This document shows, one piece after another, positions 52,186-62,382 of a DNA stretch of 64,000 nucleotides. Within the stretch, counting starts at the first letter, position 1. Each line of letters starts with the position of its first letter. The notes under the pieces are model-generated. The model was not told where the DNA came from. It saw nothing but the letters and a program-made list of their open reading frames with translations, and made no database searches. The DNA is from an uncultured beta proteobacterium. Its GTDB lineage: Bacteria > Pseudomonadota > Gammaproteobacteria > Burkholderiales > Burkholderiaceae_F. The stretch spans positions 2,871 to 66,870 of the forward strand of contig CAWBRW010000008.1 in assembly GCA_963791235.1 (NCBI GenBank), written 5' to 3'. The translations under genes were made by a program, and so were the position numbers.

Positions 52186-53397
52186 TCAGACTCCGGGCGG
52201 ACGGCTGGCGATCAGCCGCCCGAAGAACTGTTCGCAGGCCGCGACCTGCTCGAGCGTGATGAACTCGTTCGGCTTGTGCGCCTGGTCGATCGATCCCGGG
52301 CCCAGCACCACCGTCGGGATGCCGGCTCTCTGGAACAGGCTCGCCTCGGTAGCGAAGCTGACGGCGCCGGTGCCGAGCCGCGCGGTCTGTGCCAGTTCCA
52401 TCGCCCAGCGAACCACCGGCGCATCGGGCTCGATGCCGAACGCTGGCAGATCGAGCCCCATCTCAAAGGCAATGTCGGATTCTGGCGCGACGGCCTGCAT
52501 CCGTGGCAGCAGCTCCCGGCGCGCGTAGTCGAGGATCGGCTGCGTCATCGAATCATGCGAAGTCGCCGGGATGTTGCGCATCTCGAAGTCGAACACGCAG
52601 TCGCGCGGCACCACGTTGCTGGCAATGCCGCCGTGGATCACGCCGGTTTGCAGCGTCGAATGCGGCACGGTGAAGCGCGCATCGCGCGGCTCGTCACGCG
52701 CCTGGCGGTCCGCCAGGTCGCGGATGTAGGCGATGAGCCGTGCCGCGTACTCAATCGCGTTGACGGCGGTCGGCGTCAGTGATGAATGCGCTTCGCGCCC
52801 GCGCACGCGGCAGCAGAAATCACGCTTGCCCTTGTGCGCGACGATCGCCTGCATGTCGGTCGGCTCTCCAATGATGCAGCCCGCCGGGCGGATGCCGCGG
52901 TCGGTGAGATCGGCCACCAGACCGCGCACGCCGAGAAAGGTCGTTTCTTCGTCGTAGGTCAGTGCCAGGTGCACTGGCATCGTCTGCTGCGCCGCCAGGA
53001 ACCGCGGCGCCCACGCCAGCGCGATGGCGATGAAGCCCTTCATGTCGGCCGCGCCGCGGCCGTGGATACGACCCTCGGCGTGGTGTGCTCTGAACGGGTC
53101 ACTGGCCCAGTCCTGCCCATCCACCGGCACGGTGTCGGTGTGGCCCCCCAGAACGATGCCGGAGGTGCGCAACGCGTCCGGATCATCGGCCAGCGTGACG
53201 AACAGGCTCGCCTTCTTCCGCGAGGCGTCGTACACGAGATGCGGCTGCGTGCCGAGCCGCGCGAGATGATCGCGCGCGAACTCGATCAGCCCCAGGTTGG
53301 AGTCGCGGCTGACGGTCGGAAACGCGATCAGCCGATCGATCATCTCGAGGGCAGCGGGGGAAGGCGTAATCGCGTCGGTGGCGAGCGGCTTGTTCAC
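52186..53397 (-). CDS. M20-family deacylase, acetylornithine deacetylase (ArgE)-like
   Basis: 403 aa with GHTDTVP, HGRGAADMKG, YDEE and AHKPNEF motifs. Confidence 0.85.
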   Translation of the reverse strand: MNKPLATDAITPSPAALEMIDRLIAFPTVSRDSNLGLIEFARDHLARLGTQPHLVYDASRKKASLFVTLADDPDALRTSGIVLGGHTDTVPVDGQDWASDPFRAHHAEGRIHGRGAADMKGFIAIALAWAPRFLAAQQTMPVHLALTYDEETTFLGVRGLVADLTDRGIRPAGCIIGEPTDMQAIVAHKGKRDFCCRVRGREAHSSLTPTAVNAIEYAARLIAYIRDLADRQARDEPRDARFTVPHSTLQTGVIHGGIASNVVPRDCVFDFEMRNIPATSHDSMTQPILDYARRELLPRMQAVAPESDIAFEMGLDLPAFGIEPDAPVVRWAMELAQTARLGTGAVSFATEASLFQRAGIPTVVLGPGSIDQAHKPNEFITLEQVAACEQFFGRLIASRPPGV

Positions 53398-53486
53398 GGT
53401 GTGTGCGTCCCGGCAGTAGGCGAATCGATTGTAGTGCGGAGCCTCGCGCGCTTCAGTAGCATCCCCTTTCCGACCCGAGGTATCCG

Positions 53487-54677
53487 ATGCAACTGATCGA
53501 CCGAGTGGTGCAGTTCCGTAGCGAGATCCAGCAGCTCCGCCGCGACATCCACGCCCATCCCGAGCTGCGCTTCGAGGAGAACCGCACCAGCGACCTGGTG
53601 GCGCGCAAGCTCGCCGACTGGGGCATCGAAGTTCACCGGGGCCTGGGGGGGACCGGCGTCGTGGGCAGCCTCCGACACGGCACGTCGGGCCGCTCGATCG
53701 GCCTGCGCGCCGACATGGACGCGCTGCCGATCCAGGAACTCAACGAGTTCGCACATCGGTCGCAGCACGCGGGCAAGATGCATGCGTGCGGCCATGACGG
53801 TCATACCGCGATGCTGCTCGCCGCCGCGCGTTACCTCGCCGAGGCCAGGCCGTTCGACGGCACCGTGCACCTGATCTTCCAGCCGGCCGAGGAAGGCGGC
53901 GCGGGCGCGCAGCGCATGATCGACGACGGCCTGTTCGAGCGCTTCGCCTGCGACGCCGTGTTCGGCATGCACAACTGGCCGAACCTGAAGGTCGGCCAGT
54001 TTGGTGTGGCGCCAGGCCCGGCGATGGCGTCGAGCAACGAGTTCGAGATCCGCATCACCGGCAAAGGGGCGCATGCAGCGATGCCACACCTGGGCATCGA
54101 CCCGGTGTTCGTCGCGGTGCAAATCGTCAACGGCCTGCAGGCTATCGTCACGCGCGTGAAGAAGCCGATCGACTCCGCCGTGCTTTCGGTAACGATGATC
54201 CATGCCGGCGAAGCGACCAACGTCGTGCCCGAGACCGCCCGCATCGCCGGCACCGTGCGCACCTTCAACGACGCGGTGACGGCGCAGATCGAGGAACACA
54301 TGCGCCGCATCGTGCAGATGACCGCCGCGGCCTACGGCGCGGAGTCGCATGTGGACTTCCACTGGAACTATCCGCCGACGGTGAATCACGCCGCCGAGGC
54401 CGACTTCGCCGCCACCGTCATGGACGACATCGTCGGCCGCGACAACGTCGTGCGCGGGCTCGAACCGACGATGGGATCGGAGGACTTTGCCTTCATGCTG
54501 AAGGTGCGGCCCGGCGCCTATGTGTTCATCGGCAATGGCGAAGGCGCGCACCGCGCCAGCGGCCACGGCCTCGGCCCCTGCATGCTCCATAACCCGAGCT
54601 ACGACTTCAACGACGAGCTGATCCCGCTCGGCGCGACCTACTGGATCCGGCTCGTCGAGAAGTACCTCGGGCGCTAG
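53487..54677 (+). CDS. M20D-family amidohydrolase (hippurate hydrolase / N-acyl-amino-acid amidohydrolase-like)
   Basis: 396 aa with IHAHPEL.FEE, LRADMDALP, HACGHDGH and FQPAEEG motifs. Confidence 0.9.
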   Translation: MQLIDRVVQFRSEIQQLRRDIHAHPELRFEENRTSDLVARKLADWGIEVHRGLGGTGVVGSLRHGTSGRSIGLRADMDALPIQELNEFAHRSQHAGKMHACGHDGHTAMLLAAARYLAEARPFDGTVHLIFQPAEEGGAGAQRMIDDGLFERFACDAVFGMHNWPNLKVGQFGVAPGPAMASSNEFEIRITGKGAHAAMPHLGIDPVFVAVQIVNGLQAIVTRVKKPIDSAVLSVTMIHAGEATNVVPETARIAGTVRTFNDAVTAQIEEHMRRIVQMTAAAYGAESHVDFHWNYPPTVNHAAEADFAATVMDDIVGRDNVVRGLEPTMGSEDFAFMLKVRPGAYVFIGNGEGAHRASGHGLGPCMLHNPSYDFNDELIPLGATYWIRLVEKYLGR

Positions 54678-54690
54678 GCCGGATGACACG

Positions 54691-55473
54691 ATGGCCGGCG
54701 GCCGGCGCACAGCGTGGTCTTGGCTGACCGGTCTGTGGTTCGCGGCCGTTGCCGGTGGCGCCAGCGCCGCACTGACCGAGCGCATCGAAGCCGTGTCGTT
54801 GCAGGGGACACTGCAGCGGGTCCTGGTGGCGCATGACGATGCCCAGCCCGTCACGCGGGTGCTGATCGTATTTCCCGGCGGCGGCGGCGAGCTGGGCCTC
54901 GCCAATGGTCCTCCCGCCCCGCCCGGGCCAGGCACCGGCTACGTCGTTTCGGTACGGCGCGAGCTGGCGCGGCCCGGCACCGCGGTCGTGCTGGTCGACT
55001 CACCCGCCCGGCAACCGCAGATGCCGCTCGCCTATCGCGAGAGCGCGGAGTACCGGGCGCTGTTGAAGCAGCTGGTCGAACATCTCCGCACGCGCTTCGC
55101 CGGCGCTCAGCTCTATGCATTCGGGTACAGCAACGGCGCCGTCTCGGCACTGGTGGCCGCGCGCGAGCCCGGTGTTGCCGGGGTCATCCTGGTGGGTGGC
55201 GTCTTCCTTCGCTATGCCGACCTGGCGGCGTTCGCTGTCGAGGTGCCGATGCTGGTGATCCACCACGAGGCGGATCGCTGCATCCGGCCGGACTTCGATG
55301 AGTCGTTCCGACTCCGCCTGCGTCCGACGCTGGTGCGCTCGATCGCGCAGGCCTATGGGCCCACGCCGTGCGGCCCACTCAGTGCCCACCAGTTCTTCGG
55401 TCAGGAGGGCGCGGTGGCTGACGCGATCCATGGATGGCTGCTGACCGGGCGCGCGGCGTCGCGCATCCGCTGA
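54691..55473 (+). CDS. secreted alpha/beta-hydrolase-fold protein
   Basis: Signal peptide WLTGLWFAAVAGGASAA and a nucleophile-elbow-like GYSNGA. Confidence 0.6.
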   Translation: MAGGRRTAWSWLTGLWFAAVAGGASAALTERIEAVSLQGTLQRVLVAHDDAQPVTRVLIVFPGGGGELGLANGPPAPPGPGTGYVVSVRRELARPGTAVVLVDSPARQPQMPLAYRESAEYRALLKQLVEHLRTRFAGAQLYAFGYSNGAVSALVAAREPGVAGVILVGGVFLRYADLAAFAVEVPMLVIHHEADRCIRPDFDESFRLRLRPTLVRSIAQAYGPTPCGPLSAHQFFGQEGAVADAIHGWLLTGRAASRIR

Positions 55474-56191
55474 ACCAGCGACACGGCCGATCGACGATCC
55501 GCTGGTTCGCTCGACGATGGATTGGGAGGGTTAGAGGCCGCGCCTGCGACTGCGCCAGCGCAGCTCTCGCATGTCCGGCCGTGCGGCCGAGCAGCACTTC
55601 GGCGAAGAGCGCGTTCGGCACCCAGCACAGCCAGGCGATGGCCGGATACGCGAGGTCGAAAGGCATTCCCGCAGCTACGGACGCCGGCAGCCACAGACGC
55701 AGCGTCACTGCCGCGAACGTCAGTGCAAAGTTGCGCACCATCCAACGTCGATGCGATGCGAGATCGCGTGCGCGGATCGCCAGATAGGCACGTGCTCCGG
55801 TGTAAAGCCAGACGATCGCAAGGCACCCGAATCCGAGTTGCGACACCTGCCCGCCGAACGCGTGAAACGCCATGACGAATCCGGCGACGCCGCCAACCAG
55901 CACGCCCAGGCCCAGGTAAGTCCGCCCCAGCCACCGATGGAGCCCGGGCCGGGCGCTACGCAGACGAACCGAGAACTGGATCGGCCCGAGCAGCAGGGCA
56001 ACCGCCGAGGCGAAGACGTGGGTGTAGATCGCACCCCGGTGCGCTTCGAATCCGGCGCGCATGTCCGGATGCACGACAGTGCCCAGCGCGAACACGCTGT
56101 ACGCAACCACGGCGTAGGCCACGACACCGAGCGAAAGCACCAGGATCATCACCTGACCGGCAGAGCGCATCGCGTTCGACATGCGATTCAT
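55379..56191 (-). CDS. DUF2306-like membrane protein
   Basis: Start at MNRMSNAMRS, with about six TM helices and an HRWLGRTY motif. The last ~65 aa are R/P-rich and overlap the convergent gene by about 95 nt, so the true stop may be earlier. Confidence 0.55.
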   Translation of the reverse strand: MNRMSNAMRSAGQVMILVLSLGVVAYAVVAYSVFALGTVVHPDMRAGFEAHRGAIYTHVFASAVALLLGPIQFSVRLRSARPGLHRWLGRTYLGLGVLVGGVAGFVMAFHAFGGQVSQLGFGCLAIVWLYTGARAYLAIRARDLASHRRWMVRNFALTFAAVTLRLWLPASVAAGMPFDLAYPAIAWLCWVPNALFAEVLLGRTAGHARAALAQSQARPLTLPIHRRANQRIVDRPCRWFSGCATPRARSAAIHGSRQPPRPPDRRTGGH

Positions 56192-56430
56192 GGTTACTTC
56201 CGCGCGTTCGGCGTGGGCCACGCGTTTGGCGGCATCGGTGGAGGAAGAGCGTGCACTAACTCGATATTGGCGCGAGGTACACCGTTTGCGCAAGCGCAGC
56301 ACGGAAGACGCGCTTGGTGCGATCGACGCTCCGCATCCGGTGGTCCGCTAATCCGTATGCCGGAGGGTATCGCCAGGCCGCGCCGACTACGCTGGACGTC
56401 ACTGTTTCCGCTTCTTCACCTGCGCCTGCC

Positions 56431-56952
56431 ATGACTCTTCTGCGATGCCGCGCCCTGCTGGTCGTTCTCGCGACCGCGCTGTCCGGCTGCGCAACGCTGA
56501 CCGGCGAGGCGACCCAGAAGGTCAGCATCCAGACCGTCGACAAGGAGGGCCGCGTGGTGGACGGCATGAGCTGCCGCGCCAGTAACGCCTCGGCGGACTA
56601 TGTCGGCGTGACGCCGATGTTCGACACGAAGGTTCGGCGTTCGTCGTCGGCGCTGGTGGTCGAATGCCGGCGTGATGGCCTGCCGCTGACGCGTGGCGTG
56701 GTGGTCTCGCGCGGAGTGAACATGCAGCCGGTGCAGCTGCTGCTGCCGGGCGGGACCAGCATGATGGCGATCGATCACATCTCGGGCTACATGTATTCCT
56801 ATCCGCGCTGGATACGGCTGCAGGTCGGCACCGACATGGTGTTCGACCGCCGCGACGAGAAGGACCGCGGTCCGACGCCAGGCCTCATTACGCGCCAGTT
56901 CGACGACTTCGTCCGCTTTGCCGCGGGCGTTCCGCAGACGCGCGCCGACTAG
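56431..56952 (+). CDS. lipoprotein of unknown function
   Basis: Start at MTLLRCRALLVVLATALSGCAT (lipobox LSGC). Confidence 0.6.
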   Translation: MTLLRCRALLVVLATALSGCATLTGEATQKVSIQTVDKEGRVVDGMSCRASNASADYVGVTPMFDTKVRRSSSALVVECRRDGLPLTRGVVVSRGVNMQPVQLLLPGGTSMMAIDHISGYMYSYPRWIRLQVGTDMVFDRRDEKDRGPTPGLITRQFDDFVRFAAGVPQTRAD

Positions 56953-56981
56953 CGCGGTGCACCGGCGCAATCAGTCCGCGC

Positions 56982-58184
56982 TCAGTTGCCGCGCGCGACC
57001 TGGATCCGACTCCCGTCCCGCAGACTGTCACTCGGGTACACGACAACCCGGTCACCCGGTGCCAACCCCTCTTCGACCCAGGCCTCCTGGGCATTGCGAC
57101 CGCCGATCCTGAGCGTCTTCACCGTGACGCGGTCGCCCTCCAGCACAAAGGCAGCCCAGTCGTCACCGCGACGGAACAGCGCCGCCACCGGAACGACCGT
57201 GACGTCCATGCGCGCCACCAGGACGATGCGCACGTCGACACGATAGCCATCGCCGAGCCCCTGCAATGACGCCGGCGTGCCGTCGAAGTCGATGACAACG
57301 TTGACGCGCTGCTCCTCGACACCGAGCGCGGAAACCTTGGTGAACGCCGCTGGCTCGACACGCCGCACGCGCCCCGGCAGCACCCGGCCGGAGCCGGCGT
57401 CGATGCGTACCGGCGCGCCGGCGGCGATCTGCGTCGCTTCGGTCGACAGCACGTCGACCACCACCTCCAGGTCCTCGGCATTGGCCACCTCGACCAGGGG
57501 CGTGCCGATCGTGACCGCGGCTTCGCTCTCCTGCAGTACGCGCAGCACACGCCCATCGACAGGTGAAGTGATGGACCAGGACGACTCCGGCCGTCGTACC
57601 GCCGCGCCTTCCTGTGCGCGCATCAGCGCGGCGCGGGCCTGCGCCAGGTCGTGCGTGGCGCCATCGAGTGCAAAGTGCGCCGCCTCGAGCGACTTGGCCT
57701 GCACCCGCACTGCCAGTTCAGCCTGATCCAGGGCCGAGGGCGACAGGAAGCCTTCGCCCTGCAGCTTCTTCAGCCGCGTCAGGTCGATGCGGGCCTTTTC
57801 GAGTGCCGCTTCTTCACGTGCCACGTTGGCGCGGTTCTGGTCAACCGCGGCGCTTGCGCCACCGACGCGCTCGTTCAGTTCGCGGTGCGAGCGCGCGTCG
57901 ATCATCGCCGGCGCCGAAGGCCACAGCACGGCAACGACGGCGCCGGCCTTGACCGTATCGCCGACCTTCAGTTGCACCCGCGCCAGCCTTCCCGACAGCG
58001 GAGCCGACACCACATAGCGGTCACGCACGCGGGTCTTGCCGTCGTCCTCGACCACCCGTTCGAACAGGCCGGTACGCACCTCGGCCGCTTCAACCCTGAT
58101 CGGCTGCGGACGAAAGGCCCAGACCAGTACGGCCGCCAGCACCAGTACTGCGAGGGTTATCCCGATCCAGTGTTTGCGTCTCAT
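56982..58184 (-). CDS. HlyD/MacA-type periplasmic adaptor subunit
   Basis: 400 aa. N-terminal TM helix, a lipoyl-like motif (SAPLSGRLARVQLKVGDTVKAG), a coiled-coil hairpin, and beta-barrel and MP domains. Confidence 0.88.
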   Translation of the reverse strand: MRRKHWIGITLAVLVLAAVLVWAFRPQPIRVEAAEVRTGLFERVVEDDGKTRVRDRYVVSAPLSGRLARVQLKVGDTVKAGAVVAVLWPSAPAMIDARSHRELNERVGGASAAVDQNRANVAREEAALEKARIDLTRLKKLQGEGFLSPSALDQAELAVRVQAKSLEAAHFALDGATHDLAQARAALMRAQEGAAVRRPESSWSITSPVDGRVLRVLQESEAAVTIGTPLVEVANAEDLEVVVDVLSTEATQIAAGAPVRIDAGSGRVLPGRVRRVEPAAFTKVSALGVEEQRVNVVIDFDGTPASLQGLGDGYRVDVRIVLVARMDVTVVPVAALFRRGDDWAAFVLEGDRVTVKTLRIGGRNAQEAWVEEGLAPGDRVVVYPSDSLRDGSRIQVARGN

Positions 58185-58223
58185 GCATCCCCTCGCAGAA
58201 CTCCTGATTTCATGTCGCTCATC

Positions 58224-60575
58224 TCAGTCGCGTGTCTTCAGCACCGCCACCAGATCGAGCCGGTCGACATGGCGCCGCACGATCAGAGCACTGGCCACGC
58301 CGGCCGCCAGCACAACGAGCGCGGCGAACGCGTAGGTGCGCGGGGCGATGATCAGCGGAATGCGGAACGTCTCGGGGTGGATCAGTTCGACGATGAAGGC
58401 GGACAGTCCGTAGCCTGCCAGCCAGCCGATCGGCAAGGCCAGCAAGAGCTGCACGCCCAGTTCGCCCAGCAGCAATCCGGACACCTCCGCCCGCGTCATG
58501 CCGAGCACCCGCAGGCTCGCCAGTTCCCACGCCCGCTCAGCCAGCGCAATACGCGCATTGTTGTAGACGACGCCGACCGCGATCGTGCCGGCGAGCACGC
58601 TCAGCACGGTCGTGAAGATCAGGATGTTGCGCGCCGAGGTCTCGCGGAAGTTGCGGATGATCGGACCAATCTCGACCGCAAAGGCCACGCGCGGTGTTTC
58701 CTTGATCTGCTGCAGGAAACGCTCGCGCTCGCCGGCGTCCAGTTGCAGCCGCGCGCCGGACATCGCATCGCCCTCGCCGAGCAGGCGGTTCAGCGCGTCG
58801 CGGTTCATGAAGGCGGGCGTACCCATCAGGTCGGCAACCAGCGCCGTCACCGGCACGTCGCGTGCTGTGCGTGCGCCCTGCAGCACCTCAATCCTGACGG
58901 AATCGCCCGGTCGCACATCCAGCAGATCGGCGAGCGTCCGGTTGATGACCAGGCCCTCATCCGGCAGCGGCACGTCGCGCAGACGCTCGTCGAGCAGCAA
59001 CCGCAGCGTTGCACCGGGCGCGAGGCCTGTCACCGTGGTGCGATACGAGCGGTGGCCGTGCACCAGCCGCACGGCTGCGCTGCGGTCGACCTCGACGCGC
59101 ATCACCCCGGGCAGGCGCATCAGGTCGTACACCGCGCTGGTCGACGTCGGTTCTGCCAGCACCAGACTCACGTCCTGGCGTTCGCGCATGCGGAACTCGA
59201 CTTCAAACAGGTAGTCGATCGCGTCGCGCCACCAGGTGCCGGAGATCAGGATCGCGACTGCGCCGGCAATGCCGAGCGTCGTGGCAAGCGCGCGTCCCGG
59301 TCGGCGCTCCATATCGCGCAGGACCATGCGCACCGCCGGCGAATACAGTCGGCCGAGTCCGAGCCGCTCGGCCACGGTCGGACGGAACGTCGGCGGCGAA
59401 GGCGGCTGCATGGCCGCTGCCGGCGCCAACCGCACGACGCGCTGCAATGCCTGCAGCGCGCCGGCGGCGGCGGCCACCAGAGAAGCCAGCGCGCCGTACG
59501 CCACCACCCACATCGGCATCTCGAAGTCGAGGGTCGGAAAGTGGAAGAACTGGGCATAGAGTTCGGTCAACAGGCGGCCCAGCCAGGCACCGGTCGCAAG
59601 CCCGAGGACGATGCCGAGCAGCACGATCACCAGCACGAACTGCAGGTAGTGCAACCCGACTCGGCCGTTGGTGTAGCCCAGCGCCTTCAGCACCGCGATC
59701 TGCCCGCGCTGCGTGCCGATCTGCCGCGTCAGCACGACGTTCAGCAGGAATACCGCAACGCCCAGGAACACGCTCGGAAGCACCAGCCCGAACACCCGCA
59801 TCTCGGCGATCTCCTGCGTGATCGCCTTGTGCGACGGCTGCTCTGCGCGACCGTAGGCACCGGTCGAACCGTAGGCTTCGAGCAGCCGGTCGAGCCGGTC
59901 GATGATTGCGCCCTCGGACGCGCCGTGCGCCAGCCGCAGTGCGACGCGGTTGAACGCCCCTTCCATGTTGAAGGCGGCTGCGAGGCGTTTGCGGCCGATC
60001 CAGAAGATCCCGAAGCTCGCGTCATCGCCGACCCCGTGCGCTGCCGGGAAGATGTACTCGGGCGACAGCACGATGCCGACCACTTCGAGCCGCTCGCGTT
60101 TGCCGTTCAGGAGCGCGAGCAGCGTCGACCCCGGCTTCAGGCCGCGCTTGTCGGCGAAGGTCTGGTTCACCAGCACCTGGTTCGACTCCGGCACATCGAT
60201 CCAGCGACCCGCCATCAGCGTCAGCCGGTTCATCGCCGGCAGGCCGTGCTCGGGCAGCGCGATGATGCGGCCGACCGCCGGCTCGACCACGCCGGGCAGA
60301 TCCAGCAGCACGTCGTAGCTCAGCGTCGCCGCGACCTCGGCCACGCCGGAAATCTCCAGCAGGCGCGGCGCGACGCTCGACGGCACGCGGCGTGCCGCTG
60401 CGAACACCTGTGCAAAGCGCGCGCTCTCGTAGTACTCGGCCTGCATGCGCTTGAGCGCCTCGTAGGTCGACAGCGACGCGCTGAAGGCGGCGATGCCACT
60501 CGCGACCACCAGCGCGATCGTCACCACCTGGCCGCGCAGGTGCCAGATATCCCGCAGCAGCTTGCGGTCGAGCAT
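58224..60575 (-). CDS. ABC transporter permease, duplicated FtsX/MacB-like
   Basis: 783 aa from MLDRKLLRDIWHLRGQ. Two FtsX modules, each preceded by a large periplasmic domain. Begins 2 nt after the ATPase stop. The ORF-track extension into the ATPase gene is rejected. Confidence 0.88.
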   Translation of the reverse strand: MLDRKLLRDIWHLRGQVVTIALVVASGIAAFSASLSTYEALKRMQAEYYESARFAQVFAAARRVPSSVAPRLLEISGVAEVAATLSYDVLLDLPGVVEPAVGRIIALPEHGLPAMNRLTLMAGRWIDVPESNQVLVNQTFADKRGLKPGSTLLALLNGKRERLEVVGIVLSPEYIFPAAHGVGDDASFGIFWIGRKRLAAAFNMEGAFNRVALRLAHGASEGAIIDRLDRLLEAYGSTGAYGRAEQPSHKAITQEIAEMRVFGLVLPSVFLGVAVFLLNVVLTRQIGTQRGQIAVLKALGYTNGRVGLHYLQFVLVIVLLGIVLGLATGAWLGRLLTELYAQFFHFPTLDFEMPMWVVAYGALASLVAAAAGALQALQRVVRLAPAAAMQPPSPPTFRPTVAERLGLGRLYSPAVRMVLRDMERRPGRALATTLGIAGAVAILISGTWWRDAIDYLFEVEFRMRERQDVSLVLAEPTSTSAVYDLMRLPGVMRVEVDRSAAVRLVHGHRSYRTTVTGLAPGATLRLLLDERLRDVPLPDEGLVINRTLADLLDVRPGDSVRIEVLQGARTARDVPVTALVADLMGTPAFMNRDALNRLLGEGDAMSGARLQLDAGERERFLQQIKETPRVAFAVEIGPIIRNFRETSARNILIFTTVLSVLAGTIAVGVVYNNARIALAERAWELASLRVLGMTRAEVSGLLLGELGVQLLLALPIGWLAGYGLSAFIVELIHPETFRIPLIIAPRTYAFAALVVLAAGVASALIVRRHVDRLDLVAVLKTRD

Positions 60576-60577
60576 GC

Positions 60578-61315
60578 TCACCACTGGATCTCCTCGGGTG
60601 AGAGCTTCTTCGCATTGCGCATGACCTCGGCAATGCGGCCATCGGCCATGCGCAGCACGCGATCGGCGATGCCGGCGATCGCGGCGTTGTGCGTGATCAC
60701 GGCAGCGGTGGTGCCGAGTTCCTGATTGATGCGCACGATCGCCTGCAGCACCACCTTGCCGGTCGCATAGTCGAGCGCGCCCGTCGGTTCGTCGCATAGC
60801 AGGACGTCGGGCCGCTTGGCGATCGCGCGTGCGATCGCGACACGCTGCTGCTCGCCGCCGGACAGCTGCGAAGGAAAGTGATCGAGCCGGTCGCCCAGAC
60901 CGACCAGTGCCAGCGCCTCCTCGGGAGTCATCGGCTGCTCGGCCATCTCGGTCACCAGCGCGACGTTCTCGCGCGCCGTCAGGCTCGGGATCAGGTTGTA
61001 GAACTGGAACACGAAGCCGACATGCTCGCGCCGGTAGCGTGTCAGTTCGGCCTCGCTCGAACGCCCGAGGTCATGGTCGCGCCAGCGCGCGGTGCCCGAA
61101 GTCGGCGTGTCGAGCCCGCCGAGAATGTTGAGCAGCGTCGACTTGCCGCTGCCGGACGGCCCGAGCAGCACGACGAACTCCGAGGCGTAGATATCGAGAT
61201 CGACGCCGCGCAGTGCGTGCACCTCGACCTCGCCCATGCGATAGATCTTGGTCAGGCCGCGCGCGCAGAACACCAGCGCGCCCGCGGCTGTCGACGGGGT
61301 CGCGGCGGTGGACAT
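60578..61315 (-). CDS. ABC transporter ATP-binding protein (MacB/LolD-like)
   Basis: Walker [10 protein letters not shown], signature LSGGEQQR and Walker B LLCDEPT. Confidence 0.93.
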   Translation of the reverse strand: MSTAATPSTAAGALVFCARGLTKIYRMGEVEVHALRGVDLDIYASEFVVLLGPSGSGKSTLLNILGGLDTPTSGTARWRDHDLGRSSEAELTRYRREHVGFVFQFYNLIPSLTARENVALVTEMAEQPMTPEEALALVGLGDRLDHFPSQLSGGEQQRVAIARAIAKRPDVLLCDEPTGALDYATGKVVLQAIVRINQELGTTAAVITHNAAIAGIADRVLRMADGRIAEVMRNAKKLSPEEIQW

Positions 61316-61446
61316 CGGACGGCGCGCCGCGATGTTCGCAGCGCGCCCAGGCTCACTACGGATAGAGCCTGCGCGCTTCGCGCGCCGCCGCGCTGACCGC
61401 CGTCAACGTCCTGGCTCGGGCCCGGGGAGGTCGACCGGCGCGGGCC

Positions 61447-62244
61447 TTACACCGGCGTGGCCGTTCCGGACACCGGCCGCACACCTCGGCTGCCGGGTCC
61501 GTACAAAGCTCGGTTGACGTCCTCGAACGCCAGCATCGCCCCGACGCGGCGATCGGCGCCGCCTTCGAAGCCGCACTCCCCCAGGTACTGCTTCGGATTG
61601 CGGAATGTGCCGAACACGATGTCCCATAGCGGAAAATCGGAAAAGTTGTAGTAGTGCACGCCCTTGCGGTGATGCACGCAGTGCGACTCAGGGCGCTGGA
61701 TCACGTAGCCGAGCCACTGCGGCGTGCGCACGTTCCAGTGCTGGAACATTCCGGCGAACGCGAAGAGATAGCCTGCGATCGCCGCCGCGAGCGGATCGAG
61801 CCCCAGCACGAGCACGGTGACGAGCAACGGGATCACGGTGTATGCGGCCAGTTCGAGCGGGTGGAACAGCATCGAGCCGGGAATGTCGACACGCTGCGAG
61901 CTGTGGTGCACCTGATGAAACGTTCGCCACATGAACTCGAACGTGTGGGCGGCGCGATGCCATATGTAGACCGCGAGTTCCAGCAGGATGAAGCCGACGA
62001 TCGCGCCGCCGACCACTCCAAGCGGCGTCCCGTCGACCAGGCGGTGCTCGGCCATCCACTCGACCGGCAGGAACAGTGGCAACGCCACGCCGATCGACAT
62101 CGACACAACCAGGAATCCGGCGCCAAGCCATTGCCAGCCGCTGCGGGCCGGAAAGCTTCGACCAGGCCAGATGCTTTCGACGGCGAGCATCGCGAAGTAC
62201 GTGGCTGGAACGAGCAGCAGAAAGAACCATCCGACGGCATCCAT
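61447..62244 (-). CDS. fatty-acid hydroxylase / sterol desaturase family membrane protein
   Basis: Start at MDAVGWFFLLL. His boxes HRAAH, HQVHH and HCVHH. Confidence 0.8.
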   Translation of the reverse strand: MDAVGWFFLLLVPATYFAMLAVESIWPGRSFPARSGWQWLGAGFLVVSMSIGVALPLFLPVEWMAEHRLVDGTPLGVVGGAIVGFILLELAVYIWHRAAHTFEFMWRTFHQVHHSSQRVDIPGSMLFHPLELAAYTVIPLLVTVLVLGLDPLAAAIAGYLFAFAGMFQHWNVRTPQWLGYVIQRPESHCVHHRKGVHYYNFSDFPLWDIVFGTFRNPKQYLGECGFEGGADRRVGAMLAFEDVNRALYGPGSRGVRPVSGTATPV

Positions 62245-62382
62245 GGTTGCCTCCCAAGGTTCTAGGGCGCGGCCGGTACGGCCCCGACGCGCGGCGCGAA
62301 GTTTGCGCCGCCCGCGACTCACCCGGCAAACAAAATTCTTTCCGCGTCGCACGATCCGCCGGTGCTCATGCCGCCTGGCCTA

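Noticed and set aside
49976-52528. 850-aa plus-strand ORF. Similar long antisense ORFs occur at 13214-14854, 20436-21359, 21356-22816, 45396-47411, 47341-48849, 53394-54935, 6791-8029 and 30930-32084
   Set aside because: All are antisense to genes with clear family motifs (molybdoenzyme, OYE, sHSP/NrdR, GlyA, FadD, aminopeptidase, M20D, TPR protein, bactofilin). All have low-complexity R/P/G/H-rich translations and are expected by-products of GC3 bias.
57651-60725. 1024-aa plus-strand ORF spanning the adaptor, permease and ATPase genes
   Set aside because: It is antisense to three well-supported genes and crosses their boundaries. Its composition is the Arg/His/Gln/Pro-rich pattern typical of shadow ORFs in high-GC3 genomes, and it shows no family motifs.
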